Part shown: in pieces, positions 40,459 to 51,206 of the stretch
How positions within the stretch are numbered: the first letter of the stretch is position 1
How the letters are laid out: every line of letters begins with the position of its first letter
Assembly: GCA_963665665.1 (NCBI GenBank)
Contig: OY762428.1
Location: 1,408,001 to 1,472,000 of the forward strand
Source: Candidatus Kapaibacterium sp.
GTDB taxonomy: Bacteria; Bacteroidota; Ignavibacteria; Kapaibacteriales; UBA2268
Length of the DNA stretch: 64,000 nucleotides
Direction of reading: 5' to 3'
Made by a program: the position numbers and the translations under genes
The notes under the pieces: model-generated
Databases searched by the model: none
Told to the model about the DNA's origin: nothing
What the model saw: only the letters and a program-made list of their open reading frames with translations

Positions 40459-42027
40459 TCATTTTCCAATTATAAGCCTTTTCATAGCATGCTCTCCGGA
40501 TTCGGAGCTTATTGCCACAAGGTACATTCCGGTTTTAAGATTCCCCAGGGAAACTTTGATTTCTTTTGTTCCCAGATTATATTTCGAAGGTTGGATCAGG
40601 TTTTTAATAAATTTTCCGCTTATATCATGTAGTGAAACTGTGTAAGTGTTCTCCCGGAGAACTATAAAACTGACTGTTGTTTCATTTATTGCCGGGTTAG
40701 GATATAAATTCAATTCAGCAATTGATTCTGACTGCATACGGCAAACATCAAAGAATGATTCCTGATCAGACAGCCCTTTGCAGGCGCTTTCATAAGCAAT
40801 TTCATTTTTCTTGAGTTCACTGAGTATTTTCAGTTCCTTCCTGATAGGAGCAGCGTACCTTTCAGGAATAGCATTCAGGAACTCTTCATTGGGTATGAAC
40901 CAAAGATAGCAGTCAACAGACAGGTCTTTTTCCGGATTGTCCAGAAATTCAGACGGAGGGCTACTTAATTTCACAGGAACAAGATAATTAGAGCGCAACT
41001 CGGTTCTCATAGCCTCAAGTTTAACAAATTCTTTAGTATATTTTTCCTTAATTGCCAAATTTTCCGATGCACTTCGCCCGTAGCCATCCCTCATTTCATC
41101 TAATGCATTTTCTGTTTTTGCAAGCTGCCGGTAGTATTCACTTGTTTGTTCGTCCCCGAAATGAAGCAGAGGAGAGTATATCATATTTGAATGTAATTCA
41201 ATCGACCAAAGTACTGGCGCTACCCGGGAATAATCTTTATAGTCCCATCCTGTATATTCAATATCCTTATCTCCGAATTGAGCGGTATATTTATACCTGA
41301 TTTCATCGGTATCATTGAATTTCAGCGGATTCCGAACTGAACTCAGCCTGGTTCCTTCCACATCGAATTCATCGTACTTTTTCCAGGCTATAATACTTTT
41401 GGATCGAAATAGTACCGGTTCGGTGAAAGTAGTATCATATCCGGATTTTGCCATTCGTTTCTTCCAGTATCCGCGTTTAGGGGCCAGAAACAGTTCCTCG
41501 GTTATATAAGAATACGAGTTCCCGTTAAATTCAATATTAAGATTTTTCAACTCCTCGGGATTCAATTCTAATACGCTTAGGCCGGTTATATCCTGATCGG
41601 TATCTAACCTGCTTTTTACTTCTTCATTCGCAGGTTTGGTTTGTTTAAGTTTTTCAGCATATTCTCTCGCTAATTCATCCGCAGATACAGGTTTTTTCTC
41701 AGTGGTATCAGCTAAAATATACGATTCAGAAACTACGGGTTTATTGTTGTCATTTGTTTGAATTGTCTCGGTTTTCACAGTCTCTTCAGCCTGAGATTCC
41801 GTTACTTCATTATTGTTCAAAGTATTCAACAGCATTATCGCCGGGATTAAAATTGTTAACAGCATAACATACCAATATTTTTTAAACATTTTTTTGATTT
41901 TGTTTTGTTGATGACTATCAAGCGCTTGATTGGTATCCAACAATTCATCAATATCCTCTTTCGAGTAAATATTTTCAATTTTTAAACTTTTATTAGCGGT
42001 TTTCAGGTATTTATCTATATTTTTCAT
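40459..42027 (-). CDS. Anti-sigma-like membrane protein with C-terminal T9SS-type domain
   Basis: Overlaps the ECF stop; TM helix near residue 55; LYPNPA...GMYLV...KRLII CTD. Confidence 0.75.
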   Translation of the reverse strand: MKNIDKYLKTANKSLKIENIYSKEDIDELLDTNQALDSHQQNKIKKMFKKYWYVMLLTILIPAIMLLNTLNNNEVTESQAEETVKTETIQTNDNNKPVVSESYILADTTEKKPVSADELAREYAEKLKQTKPANEEVKSRLDTDQDITGLSVLELNPEELKNLNIEFNGNSYSYITEELFLAPKRGYWKKRMAKSGYDTTFTEPVLFRSKSIIAWKKYDEFDVEGTRLSSVRNPLKFNDTDEIRYKYTAQFGDKDIEYTGWDYKDYSRVAPVLWSIELHSNMIYSPLLHFGDEQTSEYYRQLAKTENALDEMRDGYGRSASENLAIKEKYTKEFVKLEAMRTELRSNYLVPVKLSSPPSEFLDNPEKDLSVDCYLWFIPNEEFLNAIPERYAAPIRKELKILSELKKNEIAYESACKGLSDQESFFDVCRMQSESIAELNLYPNPAINETTVSFIVLRENTYTVSLHDISGKFIKNLIQPSKYNLGTKEIKVSLGNLKTGMYLVAISSESGEHAMKRLIIGK

Positions 42028-42590
42028 GATTCAGCCTCAATGAAATTTCCTTTTGAATTTATATTTTCAGGAATTTCCGCCCCGAGTAATTTTCTTAGTT
42101 TTGTTTTCGCCCTGTGCAATCTTACCTTTACAGCCGGAAGTGACGCCTTCTGTATTTCACATATTTCTTTAAGTTTAAAGCCGAAAATTTCATGCAGCAC
42201 TACTACTTCTCTAAGTTTTTCACTCAATTTATCCAAAGCTGCGTAAAGTATCTTTATATCTGCAAGTTTTTCGGCATTTTCTGCATTCGAAAACATTTCA
42301 TCAATAACTTCATTAGTCATACTGTAAGTCTTACTGGATTTCCGGAAATATTTTATTTTTGTCCTTCTTGCTATTGTAAGAACAAAGCTGAGGAATGATT
42401 CATGTTTTTTCAGTTTTTCGAAGTTCTCGTAAGCCTGTAGTATTGTTTCCGAGATAATATCCTTTGCGTCATCCCTGCTGCCAGAAATTGAATATGCAAA
42501 CCTTTCCAGCTTTGGATATACCCCATCCAATAATTCCATGAAGAGTTGCTTTTTGTTTTCAAAGCCTGTCATTTCAATTCCTTGTTTCAC
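42024..42590 (-). CDS. ECF RNA polymerase sigma-70 factor
   Basis: DAKDIISET, F.SF.LTIARR, LREVVVL..IFGFKLKEI, VKVRLHRAK. Confidence 0.92.
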   Translation of the reverse strand: MKQGIEMTGFENKKQLFMELLDGVYPKLERFAYSISGSRDDAKDIISETILQAYENFEKLKKHESFLSFVLTIARRTKIKYFRKSSKTYSMTNEVIDEMFSNAENAEKLADIKILYAALDKLSEKLREVVVLHEIFGFKLKEICEIQKASLPAVKVRLHRAKTKLRKLLGAEIPENINSKGNFIEAES

Positions 42591-42601
42591 TTTCTGAAAG
42601 G

Positions 42602-42631
42602 GTAGTAGCCAATAGAGCCAAAAAGGTTACA
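42602..42631 (-). promoter_or_regulatory. Putative autoregulatory ECF promoter
   Basis: TGTAACC-N15-GCTACTAC just upstream of the sigma gene; AAC in -35 is typical of ECF promoters. Confidence 0.45.
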
Positions 42632-42753
42632 TTTACTTTTTAAATATTTTTCTTCATATCCAAAATAACTAATCTGCAAACAATTAAATAATGTCTCCCG
42701 TTATTTTATCAATATTATTAATTTGCAATTATGTAAACAGATAAGGAGTAAAA

Positions 42754-43446
42754 ATGTACCTGTGCGGAACAAATATTGATGTAGAAAAAATGATTGAATT
42801 TTTAAATGGCAACAATATTGCTGATAGTGATTTTGTACACACCGGCAATTTTCTTTTCCATAGCAATACAGTCTCAAGAAAAGAACTTAGCAGCCTATGT
42901 GTTGAACGAAATATAAATATTTTCATTATTAGGGGAAGTTTAGATGATCCGGATGAATTTATTTCCGGCAGCGGACTGAATAATTTAACATTCATGCAGG
43001 ACAATACTTTCCTGAAAATTGCGGGTAAAACAGCATTTGCCTGCGGGGGCGGTATTTCACCTGATAAAGACATGTTCGGCCCAAGAAAAGACGGCGAGCG
43101 GCTGGATAAAATCTATTTCGACAAAAAAGTTTTTTCCAAATCTAAACCTGAACTGATAATTACCCATTTAGCTAACCCGATAATATATCCCGAGAGGGCA
43201 GCCTTTATAGAAGGGCTTGAGCAATTGCAGGATTCGCCCTGCGTTTGCCGCCAGCTTGAAAACGAGGCTAACTTGCAAAATATAATGTACAGGGCAGTTA
43301 AAAGACAAAAATCCGTTAAGGCATGGCTGAGCAGCGGCAATTTCGGCATAAGAGAAAAAAATGATATCCAGTATATTGGCTTGGGAGATGAAGAGATAAT
43401 GAATATAGAATTGAAAATATTTTTCAATAGAATCAATAAAAAATAA
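42754..43446 (+). CDS. Hypothetical protein, degenerate metallophosphoesterase-like fold
   Basis: VHTGNF, IIRGSLD, GGGISPDK, IITH; catalytic residues appear lost. Confidence 0.55.
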   Translation: MYLCGTNIDVEKMIEFLNGNNIADSDFVHTGNFLFHSNTVSRKELSSLCVERNINIFIIRGSLDDPDEFISGSGLNNLTFMQDNTFLKIAGKTAFACGGGISPDKDMFGPRKDGERLDKIYFDKKVFSKSKPELIITHLANPIIYPERAAFIEGLEQLQDSPCVCRQLENEANLQNIMYRAVKRQKSVKAWLSSGNFGIREKNDIQYIGLGDEEIMNIELKIFFNRINKK

Positions 43447-43740
43447 AATAATTTTTGGTTTTTAAAATAATTAATGTTAAAATTGACCATAGAATCTTGA
43501 AAAAATTAATTGCGGGGAGGTATTATTATAGAATAATATTATTAACAAAAATTTAAAGCGTTGTCTTTATAACGTTCTTGATTGAAAATCGCCAATTTTC
43601 TTAATGAACGGAACGGTATTAAGGACGCGCCCCAGCTTGGGGCGTTTTCCTTTATGTTTCGTTCAAGGGTGTTTGGCGATACCTCAATCAGAGACATAAA
43701 TGTGAAAATGTCCCTTTTTCAATAATCTAAAGGTTTAAAA

Positions 43741-45573
43741 ATGTTTAAAAGAATTACTATCCTGATACTTTTTGTTTTTTCTGCTAATGTTTTATTCGCT
43801 CAATTTCCAATAAAAATTGAAGTCAATTCTGACGGATCAATATCAGAATCACCTGTTACAAAAGAAGGTGTGAAATATATTATTACAATTACGGGAACTT
43901 ATTCAATGTGGCCTCAGTTTGAAGATTGTCATGGAGCTGATGCCGGATATGTTTACGATGTACCACAGGAAGAAATCGATAATTTACGATGGCCACCTGA
44001 ATATATTGAAGTTGGTGGATTTAAAATTGAATTAGTAAAATTACCTCATTGGGTTGGTGACCCTAAAGTATGGTCTATCCCCCCTGAGGAAATTTCAACA
44101 CCAATGTTTAAAATGAGCTTTAGAGATTATAAGGGCTTTAGAATTGATGGAGAGCCAATTCCCAATACTGGATTTCAAGAATTAACTCATAGATATCAAA
44201 TTGAAAAAATTGGAACAGGAAACCCATTTATCTTCCAGATACTTGATTCTAACAGAAGTATTATCGAAGAAAGAACTGTCCCAAGGTATGAAGATAATTG
44301 TGGTTTTTTAACTATTGATATTGAAGAAGTGATTGTCAATAATGATGACGACGATGAAGAATTTGATATTTCTGTTGGAAATGTTGATTTCAGAAGAAAT
44401 AACGATGGAAAAATTGATGGCAGAAAGATTGAAGTTAGCATAGAAATCGAAGATTCTACAGAAATAGATGGTTCTAAAAACATCCTGGAAGATATCCCGA
44501 TTGACAATATTGGTATTATATATGATGGCAAAATTATTTGTGATATCGACTCAATAATTTGTAATGAAAGAACAGAACCCGTATCGATAGGTTTATTAAT
44601 CGATCGAACTGAAAGTATGGGAGGCCCTATAAGTGAAGAAGATATGACACAAAGAATGAGTGCCTCAAAAGAAGCATTAAAAAACTTTGTTGAAGTTTTA
44701 TTAGATGAAGATGAAGCTTTTGTTATGTCATTTTCTGAAGATACAAGAATGGATCAAACATGGACAAATGATAAGACACTACTAAAAGATGCAATCGACG
44801 GATTAGAACCCGACGCGCTTACTGCCGTGTGGGGAGCAATCAACACAGCTATTGATACATTATCACTAAGCGATGACCCCAATCGTTTTCTTGTTGTATT
44901 ATCAGATGGTGGTAATACATTCCCTCCAGAATGGGACGAAAGTCAAGTATTAATCAAAGCACAATCAAAAAATATCAAAATATTTATCGTTGCTTTAGGT
45001 TTTTCTCAATTGCAAATAGATCAGGATGGCAGAGCAAAGCTTGAACAGGTAGCTGAAGTTTCCGGTGGTAAAATATTCGATGTCTATAATTCTGAACAAT
45101 TAAATACTGTTTATGAAAATCTTAGCGAAGAGCTTACAACTGAAGAAGATTGTTTTATTTATTTTTCTGCTGATAGTTGTGAACCTGGAAAAGAAGGTTG
45201 GATCAGGATAATATATGCTCCTAACGACTCGACAATAGTTACTGAAGTAATTAAATACAAATGCCCTGATGAACCTAATTCTGTATTTTGGGAAATTAAA
45301 TCTGAATATAAAGATGTTGAAAATTTAAATATATTCCCTAACCCAACCGATAGTAAAATATTTATTGATTTTGATTCACAAAAAGCTGAAAATATCATTA
45401 TTAAAATTGTTGATCTGAATGGAAAAGAAATTCTGAATAGTGATTTGGGGTGGATTGATATCGGGAAAAACTCATTTGAGTTTGACGTTTCAAAGCTGGC
45501 TCAGGGAAGCTATCAAATACTTTTTATCAGCAACGAAAGTATTATCGCAAAGAAAATTCTTATAGTTAAATAA
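43741..45573 (+). CDS. T9SS-secreted VWA domain protein
   Basis: Signal peptide; DRTESM, TA...AI, VVLSDG; FPNP...GSY CTD. Confidence 0.88.
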   Translation: MFKRITILILFVFSANVLFAQFPIKIEVNSDGSISESPVTKEGVKYIITITGTYSMWPQFEDCHGADAGYVYDVPQEEIDNLRWPPEYIEVGGFKIELVKLPHWVGDPKVWSIPPEEISTPMFKMSFRDYKGFRIDGEPIPNTGFQELTHRYQIEKIGTGNPFIFQILDSNRSIIEERTVPRYEDNCGFLTIDIEEVIVNNDDDDEEFDISVGNVDFRRNNDGKIDGRKIEVSIEIEDSTEIDGSKNILEDIPIDNIGIIYDGKIICDIDSIICNERTEPVSIGLLIDRTESMGGPISEEDMTQRMSASKEALKNFVEVLLDEDEAFVMSFSEDTRMDQTWTNDKTLLKDAIDGLEPDALTAVWGAINTAIDTLSLSDDPNRFLVVLSDGGNTFPPEWDESQVLIKAQSKNIKIFIVALGFSQLQIDQDGRAKLEQVAEVSGGKIFDVYNSEQLNTVYENLSEELTTEEDCFIYFSADSCEPGKEGWIRIIYAPNDSTIVTEVIKYKCPDEPNSVFWEIKSEYKDVENLNIFPNPTDSKIFIDFDSQKAENIIIKIVDLNGKEILNSDLGWIDIGKNSFEFDVSKLAQGSYQILFISNESIIAKKILIVK

Positions 45574-45582
45574 TCTAAAAAA

Positions 45583-45615
45583 AACCTTCCGGATGTTCAT
45601 AACATTCGGAAGGTT
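45583..45615. terminator. Bidirectional terminator
   Basis: AACCTTCCGGATGTT...AACATTCGGAAGGTT. Confidence 0.75.
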
Positions 45616-45639
45616 AATAAAATCTGTATAATCAATCCC

Positions 45640-46068
45640 TTACTTCAGATCAACAATCAGCTCTGCATAAGCATCTTCGGTTTCGTAAACACGGAGGCAT
45701 AACCTGTGCAGGTTATCATACTTTTTAAACTCAGGAGAAAAAATATCCGCCAGATGCAGTGCAATATTTTCCGCCGTGGTGTAATCGTTAATAACGTAAT
45801 GTTTGAAGCCGTTAGCCTTAAGAAAATCTATCATCAGCTTATCGTTTTTATCACAGATAAAAGTATGATCCAGGATTTCAACCATCGGCTTAACAATTGT
45901 TTTAATAATATAATAATCCAGCACCATAGAATCATTCGTCGGCTCACCTTCAAGCTCCACCCTGATCCTATATGTATGCCCGTGGACATTTCGGCACAGG
46001 CCGTCGTGAAAAGGCAGCCTGTGGCTCATTTCCCACTGGAAATCCTTAGCAACCTTGATCATTTTCAT
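45640..46068 (-). CDS. queD: 6-carboxy-5,6,7,8-tetrahydropterin synthase
   Basis: SHRLP.H.G.C.N.HGH.Y, TAEN, YET; coupled to queF. Confidence 0.92.
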   Translation of the reverse strand: MKMIKVAKDFQWEMSHRLPFHDGLCRNVHGHTYRIRVELEGEPTNDSMVLDYYIIKTIVKPMVEILDHTFICDKNDKLMIDFLKANGFKHYVINDYTTAENIALHLADIFSPEFKKYDNLHRLCLRVYETEDAYAELIVDLK

Positions 46069-46415
46069 TATTTGTTTTCTTTTTTGTGAACAGCTCTTAC
46101 TGTTGAACGCATACCGCCACGGGTGCTCCACTCGGTAATAATTTCCATTTCAATCGGGTCGCAGGCTGCTACCAGGTCGTCAAGGATTACGTTTGTTACG
46201 GCCTCGTAGAAAATACCTTTATTGCGGAAATTCATAAAGTAATATTTAAGAGACTTTAACTCAAGGCATAATTCGTCCGGAACATATTTAATAAATACTG
46301 TTCCGAAATCAGGAAGTCCGGTTTTAGGGCATACTGATGTAAATTCGGGATTCGAATGTGTTATCTCGTAATATCTTCCGGGAGAAGGGTTTTCAAAAGT
46401 TTCTATTTTATCCAT
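46068..46415 (-). CDS. queF: PreQ0 reductase (type 1)
   Basis: PEFTSVCPKTGLPDF, ELKSLKYY, RGG. Confidence 0.95.
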   Translation of the reverse strand: MDKIETFENPSPGRYYEITHSNPEFTSVCPKTGLPDFGTVFIKYVPDELCLELKSLKYYFMNFRNKGIFYEAVTNVILDDLVAACDPIEMEIITEWSTRGGMRSTVRAVHKKENK

Positions 46416-46547
46416 TATATTTACCTTTATTCATCATCTTTAATTTCAGGACTTCAAATTTAATATAATAATTTGAAATAATTTAATGAATTTTTTGGAA
46501 TTTCTTCTTAGTTTGGATAATTGATTTAGTCATTAAACGGATTGAAA

Positions 46548-47321
46548 ATGAAGGAAAAAGAATTACACAGCAGCGGCGACAGATATATATACGGACGAAA
46601 CGCCGTAATCGAAGCCCTGAAAGCCGGAAACGAGATAGAAAAAATTTTTGTTATTCACGGTATCAAAGGAAAAAACGTGGATCAGATATTTTCTTCCGCA
46701 AAAAGGCAGGGAATATATATATCCATACAGGACAGGCGAAAATTCGTTGTAACAGAGGAAAAAGCAGGGGCCGATAAGACTAAATCACAGGGAGTTGTTG
46801 CATTACTTAAAAATGTGAAAACAATCAGCCTTCCTGAGTTGGTAAAAATTGCTAATAATAAAGAAGACAGGCCGGTGATAATCGCTCTTGACGAGATTAC
46901 CGACCCGCAAAACCTCGGTGCTATTGCAAGAAGCGCCGAATGTTCCGGAGCAGCCGGTTTGCTGATGGCTGAAAGAAACGCGGCTCCCTTGTCTTCCGTA
47001 GCAGTAAAAGCTTCCGCCGGCGCTTTGGAACACCTACCCGTTTGCAGGGTTGGCAATCTTGCCCGCGCCTTGGAAGAATTGAAAGACAAAGGATTCTGGG
47101 TACTCGGAACCGATATGGATGCAGAAAATACCTATGACGACAATGTTTATGACCGTCCCGTGGTTATAATAATCGGCAGCGAAGGCAAAGGCATGAGGCC
47201 CGTGATCCGCAAGCAGTGCGATTATTTTATCCGCATACCGCTGCACGGTAAAATATCATCGCTGAATGCTTCTGTATCGGCAGCAATTGTACTATTCGAA
47301 ATAAGAAGGCAGAGGAAGTAA
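46548..47321 (+). CDS. rlmB: 23S rRNA (Gm2251) methyltransferase
   Basis: YGRNAV.EAL, DPQNLGAIARSA, GSEGKG, SLNASV. Confidence 0.93.
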   Translation: MKEKELHSSGDRYIYGRNAVIEALKAGNEIEKIFVIHGIKGKNVDQIFSSAKRQGIYISIQDRRKFVVTEEKAGADKTKSQGVVALLKNVKTISLPELVKIANNKEDRPVIIALDEITDPQNLGAIARSAECSGAAGLLMAERNAAPLSSVAVKASAGALEHLPVCRVGNLARALEELKDKGFWVLGTDMDAENTYDDNVYDRPVVIIIGSEGKGMRPVIRKQCDYFIRIPLHGKISSLNASVSAAIVLFEIRRQRK

Positions 47322-47372
47322 TATCTTTTTTTTAGGTATCATTCATTTGAAAATCAAATACACAGGAATAAA

Positions 47373-50207
47373 ATGCAGACTTTATACTTAATAGACGGAA
47401 TGTCGATTGTTTTCAGGGCTTATCATGCAATGTTCCGCTCGGGCCTGACAAATCCCGCCGGCGAGCCAACCGGAGCAATTTTCGGTTTTGTAAATATTAT
47501 CACTTCCTTGCTCGAAAGAGAAAAACCAGAAAATATTGCTGTAGTTTTCGATACACGGGAACCTACGTTCCGCCACGAAATGTTCCCGGAATACAAGGCA
47601 AACAGAGCTGAATTCCCCGAAGACCTTGGCCCGCAGCTTGAAAAGATAAAAGAATTTCTCGACCTGGTAGGAATACCGCGTGTTGAGCAGCCCGGATTCG
47701 AAGCAGATGATATTATCGGCGCTATTGCCAAAAACGCTTCCTCCAGGAATGAAAAAGTTGTCTGCATTACTAATGACAAGGATTATTATCAGCTTGTTGA
47801 TGACAATATAAAAATAATGAAACCCGCAAAAGGCGGTGAATTTGAAATTGTATCTTATGATGAAGTAAAGGAAAAGTTCGGCGTAACCCCGGATAAGGTT
47901 ATTGACGTTCAGGCATTAATAGGCGATTCTGTTGATAATATCCCCGGAGTGAAAGGCGTTGGTGAAAAAACGGCCATTCCTCTGATAGTTGAGTTCGGTT
48001 CGCTGGAAGGACTTTATGAAAATATCGAAAAAGTTGAAAAGAAGGCAGCAAAGAAAAAATTGATTGAAAATAAGGAGATGGCATTCCTATCTAAAAAACT
48101 TGTGACTATTGCAACAGATATGGAAACCGAACTGCAGCCGAAACAATGTATTATATCAACACCAAATTATGAAGGCTTAGACAAACTTTTCGCCGAAGCA
48201 GGATTTAATACGATTAGAAAAAAATGGCATAACAAAGCAGTTGAGGCCGGACTTGACACTATACCTGAAGTTGATGAAACTCCGGCAGCTGAATTAAAAA
48301 CTATTGATAATACTCCCCACGAATATATTTTTGCCGACAGCTTTGAAAAAGTAGATGATTTGATTGATGAACTCTCCGGGAGTACTCTTATATCTTTTGA
48401 TCTGGAAACAGACTCGCTCGACAGGTTAACCTGCAACATCGTAGGAATAGCGCTTGCTTCGAAAGCGGGTAAGGCATGGTATATACCTACGGATGAAATC
48501 ACTGGTAATATCGAAAAGAAAACAGAAAACGAACAATTCAGCATGTTCGATTCAAATGATAGTAACGAAGAAAGTGAAACAAGGAAGATCCGCAGGGAAA
48601 AGAGCCTCCCAATCAGTGAAGTTCTGGAAAAAATCAGACCGCTATTGGAATCTGATAAATACGGGAAATGCGGACAAAATGCCAAGTTTGACTCATTTAT
48701 ACTTCGAAGATACGGCGTTTGGGTAAAACCAATAATATTCGATTCGATGATCGCTGCTAATCTTATTAACCCTGAAGGCAAGCATGACATGGATACCCTG
48801 GCGGAGATACATCTGAATTATAAACCTGTACCGATCAGCTCGCTTATCGGCGAGAAAAAATCCAACCAGCTTTCCATGGGCGACCTTGACCCGGAAAGTA
48901 TATCGGATTATGCATGCGAAGACGCTGATATAACATTACAGCTTTGCCAGATACTAAAGCAAAAGCTTGAAAACGAAGGAATGCTGGAACTCGCCGAAAA
49001 AATTGAGTTCCCTTTGATAGAAGTCCTTACAACAATGGAAATAAACGGTATAGCCATTGACGAGAACTCACTTAAAGAATTGACCGATAAAATTAAAATT
49101 GAAACAGTAAACCTCGTTAAAAAAATTCACGAGGAAGCCGGCACTGAATTCAATGTGGATTCGCCAAAACAACTCGGCCACATATTATTCGAAAAACTGA
49201 TGATTCCACCGATTAAGAAAACTAAAACCGGCTACAGCACAGATGTTCAGGTGCTAACCAAACTTGCAGATACCTGGCCGATAGCAGATTATATCCTGGA
49301 ATACCGGCAGTTGGCAAAGCTGAAATCCACCTATACTGAATCACTGCCGAAACTGGTTGATAAAAAAACCGGCAGGATACATACAAGCTATAACCAGGCA
49401 GTTACAAGCACCGGAAGATTGTCATCCACTGATCCTAACCTTCAGAATATTCCAATTCGTTCAGAACTTGGCAAGGAAGTCCGGAAGGCATTTATTCCGT
49501 CGAATGATGATTGCACAATTTTGGCCGCTGACTATTCTCAGGTAGAATTGAGGATTATGGCTCATATCTGCAAGGACGAGCACATGGTACAGGGTTTTCG
49601 TGAAGGCCTGGACGTACATTCGGCAACATCAGCCGTATTGTTCGACGTGCCTATTGAAGAAGTTGATCAGGATATGAGAAGAATTGCAAAGACTGTTAAT
49701 TTCGGGATAATGTACGGGCTTGGAGCATTCGGGCTATCCCAGAGGCTGAATATTCCCCGAAAAAAATCTTCGGAGATTATCGAAAATTACTTCAAAAAAT
49801 ATCCCGGAATAAAAAAATATATTGATATAACCATTGAAAATGCCAAAGAGAAGGGATATGCCGAAACATTATGCGGCAGAAGAAGGTATTTCCCGGAAAT
49901 CAAATCAAAAAATGCCAATGTTAGACGAGGAGCCGAAAGGGCTGCTATCAACATGCCGATTCAAGGTACTGCATCGGATATGATGAAAATAGCTATGATA
50001 GCAGTTCATAAAGAAATGATCAATAGGCAGTTTAAATCAAAAATGATGCTACAGGTTCATGATGAGTTGGTTTTCGAAGCTAAAAAAGAAGAACTGGAAG
50101 AATTGAAATCGATGGTAATAGAAAAAATGCAGGAAGCCCTGAGCCTTGGGGATGTACCAGTAAAAGTTGACGCCGGTATCGGCGCCAACTGGTTTGAGGC
50201 TCATTGA
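47373..50207 (+). CDS. polA: DNA polymerase I
   Basis: 5'-3' exonuclease (FRAYHA, EADD, GDSVDNIPGV), DLET, TGRLSSTDPNLQNIP, DYSQVELR, QVHDEL. Confidence 0.99.
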   Translation: MQTLYLIDGMSIVFRAYHAMFRSGLTNPAGEPTGAIFGFVNIITSLLEREKPENIAVVFDTREPTFRHEMFPEYKANRAEFPEDLGPQLEKIKEFLDLVGIPRVEQPGFEADDIIGAIAKNASSRNEKVVCITNDKDYYQLVDDNIKIMKPAKGGEFEIVSYDEVKEKFGVTPDKVIDVQALIGDSVDNIPGVKGVGEKTAIPLIVEFGSLEGLYENIEKVEKKAAKKKLIENKEMAFLSKKLVTIATDMETELQPKQCIISTPNYEGLDKLFAEAGFNTIRKKWHNKAVEAGLDTIPEVDETPAAELKTIDNTPHEYIFADSFEKVDDLIDELSGSTLISFDLETDSLDRLTCNIVGIALASKAGKAWYIPTDEITGNIEKKTENEQFSMFDSNDSNEESETRKIRREKSLPISEVLEKIRPLLESDKYGKCGQNAKFDSFILRRYGVWVKPIIFDSMIAANLINPEGKHDMDTLAEIHLNYKPVPISSLIGEKKSNQLSMGDLDPESISDYACEDADITLQLCQILKQKLENEGMLELAEKIEFPLIEVLTTMEINGIAIDENSLKELTDKIKIETVNLVKKIHEEAGTEFNVDSPKQLGHILFEKLMIPPIKKTKTGYSTDVQVLTKLADTWPIADYILEYRQLAKLKSTYTESLPKLVDKKTGRIHTSYNQAVTSTGRLSSTDPNLQNIPIRSELGKEVRKAFIPSNDDCTILAADYSQVELRIMAHICKDEHMVQGFREGLDVHSATSAVLFDVPIEEVDQDMRRIAKTVNFGIMYGLGAFGLSQRLNIPRKKSSEIIENYFKKYPGIKKYIDITIENAKEKGYAETLCGRRRYFPEIKSKNANVRRGAERAAINMPIQGTASDMMKIAMIAVHKEMINRQFKSKMMLQVHDELVFEAKKEELEELKSMVIEKMQEALSLGDVPVKVDAGIGANWFEAH

Positions 50208-50226
50208 TCGTAATACTATTTCACTT

Positions 50227-51162
50227 TTACCCGCGTATCAGCCCGAGAAATCCTGTTGGATTCTGATTGGCCTGCGCAAGGGATGTAAGTGAAGCCTGTT
50301 GCAGGAACTGTGACTTGACAAGTTCAAGCTGCTCCTTTGCAACGTCCGAATCTTCCAGCCGGGAAATGGCTGCATTATAATTTACAATTTGTTCCTGAAG
50401 CAAATCTTCCTGAGAAGACATCCTGTTAGCAATACCGCCAACCATGGAGGCGACTTTGTTAACATTATTTAGAGCTTCAGCAAGGCTCGTAAGGGTAACA
50501 TTAATTTCCTCACGGGCAAAAATACCGAGGTTATCAGAAGTAACTTCATCCAGGCGGGCTAAATCAAGGCTGGTAACACCGCCAAATATATCAGTTGAAA
50601 GTGCATTCAGATCAAAATTATTGCTGGAAACATTAAAATCCTCGTTTCCTTTTGTCATATCAACACTAACACTGATTGCAGTATTTGCAGCAGTAAATCC
50701 TATAAAGAAATCAGCGGAAAAACCACCCTTTAAGAGCTGTGCTCCGGCAAAAACAGTCGAATCGATAACCGTCTGTACCTGTTGAGCCATGCGGTAGGCC
50801 GCCTTGGCAAGTGCAACTTTCTCATCTGTTCCCATAGCGCCCGAGGAAGCAGTGGCTGTAGCATCCCTGATATTCGTTATCAATGAGTTAATATTATCCA
50901 GGCCATCCTGGAGAATATTGGTCATATTCAGAACATCACCCACTGTATTGAGAGCGCTTTTCAGGGCGCCATTCCTGGCCTGCAATGCTCTGGCAGTTAT
51001 GTATGCCGCTACATCATCCGCAGCATTATTGATTCTTTTACCTGTCGATAATCTCAACTGCCTGAGTGAAATATCCTGGTTAGCCGCATCAAGAGCATTG
51101 TATGCGTTCTCTGCAGGAGTATTTGTACGTATTCTTGCCTGTCCGCCTGTTGCAAATGGCAT
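50227..51162 (-). CDS. fliC: Flagellin (copy 2)
   Basis: RIRTN, RLSTGKRINNAADD, SRLEDSDVAKE...ILQQ-like end, AQANQ. Confidence 0.92.
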   Translation of the reverse strand: MPFATGGQARIRTNTPAENAYNALDAANQDISLRQLRLSTGKRINNAADDVAAYITARALQARNGALKSALNTVGDVLNMTNILQDGLDNINSLITNIRDATATASSGAMGTDEKVALAKAAYRMAQQVQTVIDSTVFAGAQLLKGGFSADFFIGFTAANTAISVSVDMTKGNEDFNVSSNNFDLNALSTDIFGGVTSLDLARLDEVTSDNLGIFAREEINVTLTSLAEALNNVNKVASMVGGIANRMSSQEDLLQEQIVNYNAAISRLEDSDVAKEQLELVKSQFLQQASLTSLAQANQNPTGFLGLIRG

Positions 51163-51206
51163 AATTTACCTCGGATTTACAATAAATGTCTTATATTTTT
51201 CTACTT

